Assembly (NCBI GenBank): GCA_031835245.2
Contig: JAVKOQ020000080.1
Span: forward strand, 62,001 to 126,000
Length of the DNA: 64,000 nt
Source: Balamuthia mandrillaris
Taxonomy: Eukaryota
Direction of reading: 5' to 3'
Made by a program: the position numbers and the translations under genes. Every line of letters starts with the position of its first letter. Position 1 is the first letter of the stretch. Below, piece after piece: positions 24,356-36,760 of the stretch. A model generated the notes under the pieces. That model was given only the letters and a program-made list of their open reading frames with translations, was not told where the DNA came from and made no database searches.

Positions 24356-25623
24356 ACCGCTTCTGACAAACAAAACTACTCAAAGAAGCGTGAGCAACCA
24401 GGTTGGAGACTCGCAAACAGATACATCGATTGTGTGGACGATGGAGCAAGAAGAACCATACGCTAGCTACTTGGCCAAACTTGAACATGAGTACAAATGG
24501 AACAAGAACTTGGCACAACGTTGCGACTTTGCCTACGCGTATGATTTCTTCTCTTCTCTCTTCTCACCTTCTCCTTTTTTTAACCTCTTTCTCTCTCCTT
24601 TTGCTTGCGTCTTTTCCGTTCTCATTTTAATTCTCTTCGTTTCGTTTTTGTTCATCTTCTGCTTCTTTCTTTTCTCAATCTCTTTGCTTTATTTCATTTA
24701 CAGGTCTTTTGAAGCACAACTTAGTTCCCAGTTTCCATTGCTACCAGCGAACACATTAACTGCCTACCAACAACAACGACAACAACAAATACAACACCAA
24801 CAAGAACTAAACATCAAACCACTTTACTCATCACCAGAAGAAAGCTCACCCTCTTCTTCTTCGCTAACTCTTCTCACTGAAACAGATAAAGCACAACCTC
24901 TTTTGCCTAACAACACCAAACTCTTGTAAGCCCTTTCCTCTTCTTTCTCTACTTCTCCCTTTCCTAATTGTACGTGTTTTTAAACAAAAAGGGCGTTGGA
25001 GCGGTTACTTGCAGATTTGTCACAAACAACACAACTTATCTTATCACCGATTCTCTTTGGCCAGTCCACCGCTCATATTCGTGGAATCTCTGTACATTCA
25101 TCCTCCTCCTTGCTTCCTAATTCTTTTCTCTCTTCTATCATTCTTTCATCTTTTCTTTCTTTCTCTTTTCCCTTCTTGCTTTCCTCTCGCTCTTATTATT
25201 ACTTCCAAAATGTATATAGGTCCTCTGCAAAGGAGTATTTCGGGCAAACATTATCTTCCATCTTCGAATTCCTTCTTCTTCCTCTTCCTCTTCTTCTCCT
25301 TTCACCCTCAAACAAACACCAAAGCACGAGGAAACAGCAACCTATACTTCCATGGACCTCGAAGAGACAACAAAACCAGAAGAACCTAAAACGAAACCGA
25401 AAAGAAAAAGAAGCAAGGAAGAAGAGGAAGAAGTCAGTTACGTCAGCGGAGAGTGGGGAGAAGTGGAGTACATTTCTGTTTGTGGCCCGGAGGAAGAAGG
25501 AGGCGGCGTTTGGAGCGTCAGCAAACATCACGTCTTTCGCAAGATGACCACCCATGCCATGCTCGCCAGCCATTACTTTGCTTCGTTGGATCCGGAAGTC
25601 GCCCTGAAACGTCTTGTGGTCCG

Positions 25624-25662
<39 letters not shown>

Positions 25663-25862
25663 CTCTCTCCTAACAAATCGTTTCTCGCAAACAGATGTGG
25701 CTGGAGACCTACAGCACGATGTACTCTGAGGTGTGCAAAGGCTGCAAGAAGCATTTGTGCTATGACAACGAGGAGAGCGCCTTTCTGCCGCCCACGTGGC
25801 ACACCTTTTCGAACGGCGTTCCCTATCATCCCCAATGTCGTCCTTCCGATACTCTGCATTAA
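23303..25862 (+). CDS. MED27: Mediator complex subunit 27; multi-exon, start could be 23255 or 23264
   Basis: C-terminal exons read WSVSKHHVFRKMTTHA..MWLETYSTMYSEVCKGCKKHL..FLPPTWHTF..YHPQC, the CxxC..LPPTW..HxxC zinc-binding signature of Med27. Confidence 0.8.
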
Positions 25863-26053
25863 AAAAATATAAAATAAAAAAAGATATAACGAAAATAAAA
25901 AATTTTAAATTATAAAAATAAAAATAAAATTTTGATAATCGATTATTTAAAATATTATTGAAAATTATCAAATATTTGTGAAATATGTGGAAAAACTAGA
26001 AATATCGAAATATTGAATAAAAATAAATTCGTTGATAAGAAAAAAAAAAAGGG

Positions 26054-27608
26054 ATGAGACCAGAACTAACCACAGAACAAGCGAAAGCGGTGTTGGCTCA
26101 GTACTACGGACATTTGTTACGTGGTCCACAACAGCAACAACAAGCTACAGAAGGGACATCGGCCTCTTCGCCAGAAATAGGTGAAGAAGCGGTGAAACAA
26201 GTGAAAGAATTGAAGTCACTTCCTTCTTACGACGATCAAAACTTCTACGTTCGTCTTGGCTACCTACCACCAGAAGAAGAACAAGAGGACGAAGAATACG
26301 TTCTGAAGGTCTCTCACTCGAAAGAAGAGGAAGGGCTGCTGTCGTTGCAAGCAGCCATTCTGCGACGGTTGGAAGAGAGGGGAGTGAGCTGCCCTTCTTT
26401 GGTCCTTACGAATGAAGGCAACGAGTTGACGACCATTGCAAGCAGCTCTTCTTTTCTTTCTTCTTCTTCTTCGCTGGAGGTCACTTCTTCGTCTTCTCCA
26501 GAGTGTCGACAAAAATTGGGAGGAGAAGATGAAACGTTTATGGTGAGAATGTTGAGGTTTGTGCCGGGAAAGATGTTGAGGAGCGTTCAACATACGCCTC
26601 AACTTCTTCGAAGTGTTGGATCTTCGCTTGCCACTGTGGATAAGGTTTCTTTTTTTCTTCTCGTTCTCTCTTCTCTGCTTCGCGTTCTCGCTATCTATTC
26701 TCTTATGCTTGTTATTTTTGCTTACCACACAATAAAACAGGCATTGGAAGGTTTGACTCATGCAAGTATGAAGCGGGATGATTTGGTGTGGGATCTTCGT
26801 AATGGCGCGCTTCTTCGTTCTCGCCTTCATGCCCTCCACACTGCGCCTCCCATCCGCCTGGGTTAGTTTGTTTTCAACACTCCTCTGTCTTCTGGCATTA
26901 TTCCTCATTCTTCGCTCGTTCAATAGAATTAGTGAAAGCAACACTGGACGAGTTTGAAGAACATGTAGCACCAACATTACACCGCTTTTCTTCTGGAATC
27001 GTTCACGTTCGTTTTTGTACTTCTGCTTTCTTCCGTTTCTTCTTTGTTTCTTTGTGCAACAATATTCACTCAAGTTTTTAAATTATCCACAGAACGACGC
27101 CAACTCTCTGAACGTGGTCGTCTCAGACGATGGCAGCACCGTCAAAGCCATCATCGACTATGGAGACGCCTGCCACACATTTCATGTTTGTAACTTGGCT
27201 ATAGCGATGGCTTATTGCATGCTCTTCAAAGAAGATGAGGAAACTAAGCAGCAAAGTTGTGGTGAGAAATCAATGGAAGCAGGTGCTTGTGTGTTGGAAG
27301 GATATAACTCGGTAAGAGAGTTGCAGGAGGATGAGGTGAGAGTGTTGCCGACTCTCATCAAGTTGAGACTTGCCATCTCCGTCACAAACTCTGCTCTTTC
27401 GCGGATGCAACACCCAAACGATGATTATGTTGCGGTTTGTTCTCTTCCCTCTGTTCTCTTGCTCTCCTCTCGCTTCTACTCTGCTAACCTCTTCTCGTAT
27501 TGTTAACAAAAAAAGATTGATGAACGAGGAGCTTGGCATTTGTTGGAAGTGTTGAACCGACGGACGGCGACAAGTCTCGCTGATGTTTTGTGGCAGTTTA
27601 TCCGCTGA
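26054..27608 (+). CDS. HYKK: Hydroxylysine kinase-like aminoglycoside-phosphotransferase (APH) family kinase
   Basis: LPSYDDQNF, YVLKVS, VRMLRFVPG, WDL, GIVH|NDANSLNVVV and IIDYGD. Confidence 0.8.
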
Positions 27609-27724
27609 AGAACACAAAGTACGCTTTCTCTTTGTAGTCGTTGTCTTTTTTCGTGTTTAGTTATTTATTTTTCAGTATTTAACATCAACAGTAACTGTTT
27701 AAACAGAAAAGAGTATTGATGTGT

Positions 27725-30205
27725 TTAGTTTTCTTCGTTTCTCTGGATCTCCAACTTTTCTCTCAACTCTCTTTCTCTCTTTTCGGCTTGTTCGCGGATG
27801 GCGGCCAGTTGCTCCAAAGAAGGCAGATACCCATCAAACAGGTCCAAACCAAGACAGCGAACCTCGAAAAGGTTCGCACCAAACGCGACTTTGATTCCAT
27901 TTAAGCTGGACAGCGTTTTTTGTGCCGCTTCATACGTTTCTCTCACTGGAGCTGAACAATTGCTTGGTGTTAGCATTACAACACTTGGGGAGAGAGAGAG
28001 AGAGAGAGAACCAAGAAGGAAGAAGGAAAATGAATGAAGAACAAACCAGGAAGTTCAGGATCGCAAATAACTTCGGCGAGGGAAGGAAGTACTTGCTGGA
28101 TGGCATGGAAGCCCAGATAATTGTAGATGTTTGGTGGCAAAAAGTGAAGCACACCCCTGCGACCTTCATCAAAGAACGCGGCGAGGTCATCAAATTGGAG
28201 CTCTGTATTGCAGAAAAACATCAGCAAAGAGAAAAGGGAAATGAATATACATAAAAGAGAGAAGGACGTACGTAAGGCGATATTTTGCAGTCGGACCAAA
28301 AGGTTCAAAAAGTCGGCGATGGCCCAGTCATCGCTCATCTCGGAGCGAACGAGATCCTCGACCAAGCTGCGAAAGTTTTGGCGTTTGTAAGCAGCATTCA
28401 CGGCGAGACGGAACTTGACAAGCTCCTCGCTCTCGCTCAAAGTAGGCTTTTGGGCCAATTCCAACAGAGCTTGGTGAAAAAGAAAAAAAAGATGGTGAGA
28501 AGAATTAAGACAAAACAAGAGGAGAGAATGAATAAGATACCTGTGAAGTCGTTCAGCTGAAGCTCTTGAAGAATGTCATTGATAGCATCAGCATCAACAG
28601 AGTTTTTCACATCGAAAATGAAATACATGGCATACACTTGTTGGTCGCCCTCTCCTTTCGAGAGTTTGGTCTCAACGCGCTGGAACTTGGTGCCTCTCTT
28701 CTCCTGCCCAAACGCCATGCTCACGATGTTCTTGATTGAGCCAGAGAGCTCGCCTAGGGCGAAGGCGTCCTGTCCTGGCTTCACCGCGAAGGAAAACACC
28801 ACAATCAAAGTCGCCTCATCGGCTTCAACTGACTTTCTTAGAGTGGACACTATAAAAGTTTTTTATCGCGAAGAGTTCGACAAAGAAAAAAATTACATTA
28901 GAGAATGCAAAAAATGCAAAAAATTACTGATATTGAAAGAATGAAGAGAACGAAGAGAATGCAGAGAATACAAGGAATGCAGAGAATGCGAAAAATGAAA
29001 AGAATGCAGAGTGACGAGCACAAACCTGATTCCGCAGCGTAACTGTGGGAGAAAGAGATGGAGGAAGCGGCTGTCTCGGCAAACTCCCCGACTTGCAGTT
29101 GCACGGAAAAAGAGCCTTGTTGTTGTTTGCTCGCTACCGCGTTGTTCTTCAACGAGGAAGAGCCTTCATTTGTGATGGTTTTGAAAGTTAAAAAGTTGTT
29201 GGTTTGCAAACAAAAGAGAGGAAACGAGCTGGAATAACGAGAAGCAGAGAAGTGAAGAGAAAGAAGAGAGGAGAAGAGAGATTTTTACTTTTGGCAAGAA
29301 CGGAAGTAAAGTGGGTAAGGTTCTGAAGCACTTGCTGTTCACAGAATAATAAATTACATGGTGTTAGCAATTATATGTTGTTAGCGCAGAGAGAGGAAGC
29401 AACAAACTTTGGAATGCAGCTTCAGTTTCAACAGACGCAACTTTTCACCTTCTTGAGTGCCGTGCTCTTTCTCAGACTTCCACCATGAAAAGAACTCTTC
29501 CTTTTTTTTAATTATTGTTTGTTGCGATGGTGAATTAAAGAAGAAAAGCGAGAAACGACCCGAGAGGGAGAGAACGAGAGAAGCGAAAAGAAGAGAGGAG
29601 AGGAGAGAAAGAAAGAGAGAGAAGAGAGACAAGAGACGAGAGACTTACAAAATCAACTGTGCCATTTCCATCGGTATCTTTTTTTTTTTGTTTTAACCAT
29701 TATTGCAATATGTAAAACCCGATAAGTAGATCCACAAAAGCAACAAAAATGAGAGGGGAAAGAGAGGCGAGAGAACGAACCGAGTTGCTTAAGTGACTGT
29801 TTGGCCTCCTCGTCGGTCAGCGTAAGTCCCAGTTTGAACGCCAAGGCTTGGAACTCTTTAAAGTCGAGCGCTCCACTCCCATCGGCGTCCACCGCGTTAA
29901 ACACTTTTCTTACCTTGTCTTTTTTTTTTGGTAAAGAAGATGAGAAACAAAAAAAAAAGACAAGATGAAGCAACCCAAAGATGAAGAAGAAAAAGAAGAA
30001 GGCAACGCAAAAACAAACCTCTCTTTTTTTCCAGTTTGTTGGCCTCCATTACGGCCACTTTCTTTTTGAGTTCGCGGTACTCATTGAGGTCTATGTCGGC
30101 GGGAGAGTTGAGGCCCAGCTGGATGCCTTTGGCTCCTTGCAAGCTGCCGGCCCTCTTGCGCCCAGACTTCCAGCCTTCCGCTGCCACCGCTTTACTGCCT
30201 TCCAT
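27725..30205 (-). CDS. EF-hand calcium-binding protein with an unknown C-terminal domain; many small exons
   Basis: DADGSGALDFKEF and DTDGNGTVD..EEF loops; downstream exons in ORFs 28437-28850, 27976-28518 and 27725-27976. Confidence 0.75.
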
Positions 30206-30828
30206 TCCCTGTTGTTTGTTCTTTTCTCTGCGCAGTTCTTCTTGTCTGCGTCTTATTGCTGACCCCCTGTGAAGCGAACACGGATCAACTACGTCCAACC
30301 TTTGCTCATTTTGTGCCTGTCCCACATGAGTGAGCTCCCTCCCAGTTGGGTGTGCAAAGGGGCAGGGTTTTAATTCCTTTTATTCCTGGAGATCGGGGAA
30401 CTATGGGCTTACGTCAGTCATAGCCGAGGGGTCAATCAAAAGGCGATCGGAGATTGCTTCGCACGTTCGATGCTCGCTGCCAACATATCATGTAATTAGA
30501 TCACCCGATTAATTCTTTGACCGTTACCTTCTAGACCTTCTAGGGCGCCTGAACAAATGGAGGCCATGCATGGGATCGCTATGGGAACGACTACAGTGCT
30601 GGTTGGTGTTTCTTGACCACAAAGGAACGCTCCACAAGTGATGCTATCACCGCCAAATTGGTGCTCAAATGCTCTGATTTAGATGCCCTCTGTTCCACAG
30701 AACCACAAGGACATGACCAAGGCAAGCGCACATTGGCCATGTTGTGCCTTGGCAGTGCCGCCAGAGCGGGGTGGCGTATGGCTCTGGTTTGGCTTGCTGC
30801 AAATATTTTCTAAACGAAGAAAGCGAAG

Positions 30829-31323
30829 ATGTCTTCAAAAAAGATAACGATCTTTTTCGGCGACTTTTCGGCTGATTCATCCGATCCAGCGATCGCCAAA
30901 ATTTTCCAGCAATCCCACGTCGACATGGTTAAAGCAGCGGGCCTTGTCCCCACCGTGGGACGCAGCAAGAGACAAATTCTCCGATTGCTGGAGACACTCG
31001 CCGGGCAAACCTCCTTCGCACAGCTGGAATTCGTGTTTATTGGACACGGGGAAGAAGGGACGGGGAACTGGGTTATCAACGAGCATGAGGTCATTACGGC
31101 TGAAGAGGTGCAGAAGGCACTAGAACCATGGCAAGGAAAAGACCCCATCAAGCTCAAGACGTTCGCTTGTCATGACCACCTTTGGAAAAACAGGGCCTGG
31201 CCACCAAACATTCTTTTTTGCCCCGCATCGACACCAGATAAGAATGAGGGGAAACTGAGAGCAAAAAAGATATCAGGTAAAGTAGAACATCCTGAGTTTG
31301 AGGAATATTTGAATAATATTTGA
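30829..31323 (+). CDS. Intronless 164-aa protein with a putative caspase/legumain (clan CD) His-Cys dyad
   Basis: ATG-TGA ORF with no low-complexity tract; FVFIGHG (His 31045) and LKTFACH (Cys 31168), 41 residues apart. Confidence 0.55.
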   Translation: MSSKKITIFFGDFSADSSDPAIAKIFQQSHVDMVKAAGLVPTVGRSKRQILRLLETLAGQTSFAQLEFVFIGHGEEGTGNWVINEHEVITAEEVQKALEPWQGKDPIKLKTFACHDHLWKNRAWPPNILFCPASTPDKNEGKLRAKKISGKVEHPEFEEYLNNI

Positions 31324-31337
31324 ATATTTGATTAATA

Positions 31338-32644
31338 CTAAGAAGTAGAAATGGAATTATTCTCTTGCTTCAGCTTGGAGTTCGTGCTTTCAACTAAGTT
31401 CTGTTTCATCATAGAATAAATCTTTGTGCATCCATCGATGCACAACTCTAACGCCTTTTTGTTTTTGTTTTGTTAGAAAGGAGAATGAAAAAGAAAAAAG
31501 ATGGTGGAATAAAAATAAGAGTTCACCTCTAATGTCTGCGAAGAAGAAAGTTCTCCTTTTTGAAGCATTTGTGTGACCTGTTCTTGAGAGGGCATGTAGG
31601 CCAAAGTCAAGGAGGATCGTTGATGCTTCTCCTCAACGCTGCTTGGATCCAACACTATAATCGAACCTACCGAAGCCTTAATGAAAAGCAAAAGACCAAA
31701 GTAAATGAAACAGAGAAAATGACAAAAGAAAAAAAGAATTCGTCGTACAATAGAACATGCAGGAACGAGGTCATACATCTCGATGCCAGCATCAGCCAGG
31801 GCCAAAGAGGCAGCCGTGATGGCAGCGGAGAGAGCGGAGCCATCCGCTTGAAGGACCAACGCAAAAACGTCAACCTCCGCTTTGGGAAACGTGTCCAAAA
31901 TGAGAGAGACTTCCAACGCTTGTTGCATCAGCATCGAGAACTCTTTTTCTTCTTTGTCCTTTTGTTTTATTTTGTTTTGTTGAAATGATGAAGTGAAAAA
32001 GTCAAAAGCAAGAAAAAGAGAGTTGTGGGAGAGGAGGAAACGGATAGGACAGAGGAAGAAAAAAAGAGCGTAACGTAAAAGAGAAGATACCAACAAAGAG
32101 AAATAAGGACGGAGGAATGGAGAAGAGGACAGCGAAAGGAGGAATAAAGAAAGAAAGAAAACGAGAAAAGAAAGAAAAGAGAAAGATGGGTGGTAAATGA
32201 ACTCACGGGCATGTATTTCCGTTTCTCTCCCTCGAAAGCAAACGTCGTGTATTTGAAGTCGCAGTTGAGCTTTCCCTGCTCGCTGTAGGTAGTCTTTGGT
32301 GTTTGCCGTGGGCCATAAACGCCGACAATGACCTTTGTGTTGTTCAGTTCGATGTAGGCAGAGCCTGAAGCCTGCGTGATAACGCCTGTCTTCAAAACTT
32401 TGATGTTTCCAAAAAAAAAAAAACGTAACAGAAGCGATGAGTGAGCGAAGATTGAAAAAAGTAGAGGAGGGTAAAAAAACAAACACATAGGCCGAAACTG
32501 ATCGGGCGTTCTGCCATCTGTGCGAGTATTTTTCTTGATGAGTGTTTCTGGTGTGTGCTTCACCGCTCCCTCGACGATAGGAATACGGGTTTCCACCGGG
32601 GCCACAAACCGAAACTTGTCCTTCTTGCCTTCGGCGCTCGCCAT
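31338..32644 (-). CDS. EXOSC6: Exosome RNase PH-like subunit, MTR3/EXOSC6 (RRP41-like)
   Basis: RTDGR..FRP, TQASGSAYIE..TKVIVGVYGPR, FPKAEVDVFALVLQADGSAL..LALADAGIEMYDLV and LDP..EE. Confidence 0.85.
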
Positions 32645-32880
32645 CTTTCGTTCTACTTTGGTTCTTTGTTGTCGACTCTCTGTCGACACAATCTCGTGAC
32701 TTATCTCTTCTCCACCCACGAAACTCCGCCATTTTTTTGAACTCCGGAACCCTCAAAGTGCTCCCCTCTCGTATCCACATCCTCACGCAAGACCCCTCCC
32801 TTCCATTTCCTCTTCTCTCTTTTCCAGTACCCCAAAAAGAGCCAGGGCTGACGACGTCGAAGAGAGCTTGAAATCCCACC

Positions 32881-33722
32881 ATGGTGCGCAAGCCCGACCC
32901 TCCTCTTCTTGCTTCTTCCTCTTCCCTCTCGTTCTTCTTTCCCTTTCCAGCCCTTTTCTCTCTTGCTGGGTCGATCCGCAACTCTTTCTGCCCCTTTCGG
33001 AGGAATAGCATCTCACGCCTTGATCTGTTTGTCATGAACGATTATGTTGTGATTTCTTTCTTTAGGCCGATAAAGCACAGAAGAAACCCAAGAGCGAGAA
33101 CCCCATGAGGAAGCTCGCCATTGAGAAGCTCGTTCTCAACATTAGCGTTGGTGAGAGCGGTGACAGGCTTACCAGGGCTTCCAAGGTGCTCGAGCAGCTC
33201 ACTGGTCAGGTTCCCGTGACCTCCAAGGGTAAAATCACCTTTCCTTCACTTTCCCACACCTTTTGCTCCACCTTTTTCCTCTTGTTCCCTTCACTCGCTC
33301 CCGTTTTCCTCTGTTCTTACATTGTGCCAAATTCAACAGCTCGTTTCACCATCCGTAGCTTCGGCATCAAGAGGAACGAAAAGATTGCTTGCCACGTTAC
33401 CGTTCGCGGCGAACGTGCCGAGGAGATTCTTGAGAAGGGCTTGAAGGTGAAAGAGTACGAGCTCAACAGAAAGAACTTCAGTGACACAGGCTGCTTCGGC
33501 TTTGGCATTGAGGAACACATTGATCTTGGCATCAAGTACGATCCCTCCATTGGTATCTACGGTATGGACTTCTACGTTGTGCTCGGCAGACCCGGCTTCA
33601 GGGTGAGCCGCAGGAGGTCTCGCACCAACACCGTTGGTCGTTCTCACCGAGTCTCCAAGGATGAATCCATCAAATGGTTCGAGGACAGGTTCGAGGGCAT
33701 CGTCCTCCCCAGACGCACGTAA
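32881..33722 (+). CDS. RPL11: 60S ribosomal protein L11 (uL5); ATG-only first exon and two introns
   Basis: [71 protein letters not shown]. Introns at 32884-33065 and about 33229-33339. Confidence 0.98.
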
Positions 33723-33819
33723 GCGCTCTTCTTCGTTATACAATAAACCTGGGCAAGCTCTCTCTTTTTATGATCCCTCTTCCTTTGTTTCTGTTTTGTT
33801 CAGCACTCTCCCTCCTTCC

Positions 33820-33857
<38 letters not shown>

Positions 33858-34047
33858 CTCTCTTGTTCAGTTTTTTTTTGTGTCTACCTTTGGCGAAGGG
33901 CAAACAACGAGGAGAGAAGGAACAAGTTTTTGTGTTTACTTAACCAAGGGAGCAAACCGCAAAAAACGCTCGCCAAGAAAAAAGTTTTGTTCCTATTGTT
34001 AACCTGGCGGTGGTGTTGCCTCTGGTTCCCTGCGTCTTGCTCCTACA

Positions 34048-36242
34048 ATGGTTAGACCACGCTTTTTCTCCTCCTTTTGATGTGCCGTCGTAAAGTCTCT
34101 CTTTCTGTTGTTCTCTGTAACTTGTATGTGTGCTCCTTTTCTTCTCTCTTGTCTGTTCCCCCTACCCTTTGGGCAAGCAGTACACCAGCGGGAAGTTACC
34201 CAGTAACCATAGCGAGTACTCTTCTCTACCACCCTTGCCGCCTCCTCCTCCACCTCTTCTTTTGCATCAAGAAGAAGGCTTGCCTCCTCCCGAAGATGAC
34301 TTTTGGAAGGTGTCCATCCTCCTCCTCATCGCACCTCTCATCAGTTCAAAAAGAACTGAGTTGATCATCAAAAGGCATCTTCTCTTAACTTGATATTTTT
34401 ACATAGGCAGTTTCGTTGGAAGAGTTGAGCCCAGAGAAGGAAGCCCAAGTGCGGGAGGCTTTTGCTATGTTCGACGGCAACGCCACCGGTTTCATCCCAC
34501 AACAGGACGTGGGCAAGGCGCTTCGCTTCCTCGGTCTTCACCAACAGTACGAAAAGGCCAACGGCGGGGAGCAGCACGTTTCGACCTCAGGCACCGTCTT
34601 TTATCGTTCCTTCAAGCTGTTGGTCCAGAGCTTGTTGGCGGCTTCGGCTTCGTCTTCCGCCTCGTCTTCATTGACAAGCTTGGCGGTGGATGAGGGAAGA
34701 GCGGAGCCGGTTTATTTGGAGCGGTTGCGGCTGTTCGAGACGTTTGATGTGGATAGGGATGGCTTTGTTTCGTTGAAGGACCTTCATGGCATCATGTACC
34801 GCTTCCCTTCCTCTCTTGGTTCTTCTCTTCTCTTCTTGCCTCTTTTTCTTCGTTCTGCTTTCTTCTTTCTTCTGTTCTAACGATTCACTCTATGAAGATC
34901 AAAGCTAGGGGAGAAGGTAAGCAAACAAGAGCTGGAGGATATGATAGCCAGTGCAGACAGCAACGCCGACGGCCAGATCAGCAAGGACGAGTTCTTTGCT
35001 GTCATGAAAAAGGTTGCTCTTTCCTTTCTTTTTTGGCCTCTCTCTCTCTTCCAACAAACTTATTGAGAAGAACAGTTGGAGGAAGGAACACTGTCACAGC
35101 AGCCCATAGAAAACGCATGCAAAGAATTGGAAGAGGTGCTCGCAACAGCAACAAATGAAGAGAAAGGGAAAGAAAAACATGAAGAAGAGAAAGGAGAAGG
35201 ATTGCGGCGGTTGGCTGCTGTTCTGGAGGATGTAGGGCGACGCATCAGAAGAAAAAAAGGAAACGAGCAAGGATTGGTAGTCCACAGCGACTATTGGATC
35301 GAGGTGGATGGAATACTCATCTGTCAGAAGGCTCCCTCATCACCACCTTCTTCCTCTGAAGAAGAAGTTATAGTACAATCTGAAAAGGAAACGGAGCAAG
35401 AGGAGGAAGATGGTGTCGTGGTCCAAGGAAGAATTTATGCTTGGAAGCTCAAACCGTATCTTCAGCGATGGCAAAAAGAGGTCTTCTCTCTCTCTCTCTC
35501 TCTCTCTCTGCTCTTCTTCCATTTCCCCTAACTTATTTTTTAAAAAAGGTTAACCCAGAAACAGGAAAGTACTATCAAGAGACAATGAACTTTCGCGAGT
35601 TTCTGTCATCGGTCGTTTGGCCTCAACTTTCTCCAGAGGAGCAACAAGCTTTTCGCAAAGAGCCTTCCGTCGTGTTCTACAACGAAGAGGAGAGAGAACA
35701 GTTTCGCGTTCGGCGGGTGGATGAGGAAGGACGTCTCTTGGACCCATCGTCATCGCGACCGTTTGCGAAGGGAGAATACATGTTTGTCATCGGCACCCAT
35801 GAAGACGCTCTCTTCATCGCCAAAAAGATTCGAGGTACTCTTTTGTTGTTCTTTGCTTTTGTTGTTCTATCTACTAACTCACTAAAAAACTTCAGGAGAA
35901 CGGCATCACACCTCTTTTCTTTGTGGCAAAGACGTGAGCAGTGCGGGGACGCTCCTCATCCATGAGAGCGGACACCTTTTGGCCGTGATCGCCCGCAGCG
36001 GACACTACCTCCCGCAGGAGCCACAAATGCTGACGGCCGTCCGCGTGTTGTTGCGCCTGGGGGCACACCTGCGGGGCGTGTTGGTGCAGTACCAGCCCAG
36101 GCTGAAGGACGAGGCGCAGCGCTTGGCCGAGCTGAGGTCCACCAAGGCCCTCCACATGATGGCCTGCTGGCGGGAAGGACTGGAAAGAATCGGCCGAGGA
36201 ATGAAGCAGAGGAGGAAAGAGGAGGAGGGTGGACGACGATGA
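34048..36242 (+). CDS. Calmodulin-like EF-hand domain fused to an IQM-family C-terminal domain
   Basis: REAFAMFDGNATGFI, FDVDRDGFVSLKDL and ADSNADGQISKDEF; then YNEEEREQFRV..YMFVI..LFIAKKIRGERHHTSFLCG..SAGTL..SGHYLP. Confidence 0.7.
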
Positions 36243-36760
36243 TGGGGCAACTTTAAAAAGGTGGCGTGGAGTCTTGCTCGTATTTCAGGTTTTCTTAATT
36301 TTTTTTATTTTTGTATTAAAGTGTGGTTTTTTATTGTTTTTTATTGTGTTTTTATTGTTTTTTTGTTGCTTTTTATTTTTTATATAAATAAAAAATATAT
36401 TATTTATTATTTATTATCTATTATCTATTATTTATTATTTTTTGTATTTTGTATTTTTGTTGTTTTATTTTTTGTATTGTTGTTTTTTTTATTTTTTTTG
36501 TTGGTTTGTATTTTATTTTTATTTGTTTATTTTTATGTTTTTTAATGTGTTTTTTTTTTTGCTGTCCGTGGTGACTGTTTTTATCTGAAGCGAAGAATGG
36601 ATGAAAAATCCGATTAAAAAAGTTTTAACGAATAAAAATGGAGCTATAATAATAATTATAATACAAAATAAAGTTGTTATCTTTTATTTTAATCGCTTTA
36701 TATAACAAGTCCCCCCCAAAAAAAAAAACAAACAAAGAAGGACAGGCAAAGGATCAAACG

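Noticed and set aside
30337..31340. DNA transposon carrying the mini-protease ORF, with CCCTCCCAGTTGG as a terminal repeat
   Set aside because: No matching inverted copy, TSD or transposase found. The tandem 9-mer ACCTTCTAG at 30526-30543 is not enough.
31473..33035. 520-aa minus-strand ORF
   Set aside because: Chance read-through of pyrimidine-rich introns and off-frame exons of MTR3, plus antisense RPL11 intron.
32884..33065. Intronic snoRNA in RPL11
   Set aside because: No convincing C/D box pair or H/ACA hairpins seen.
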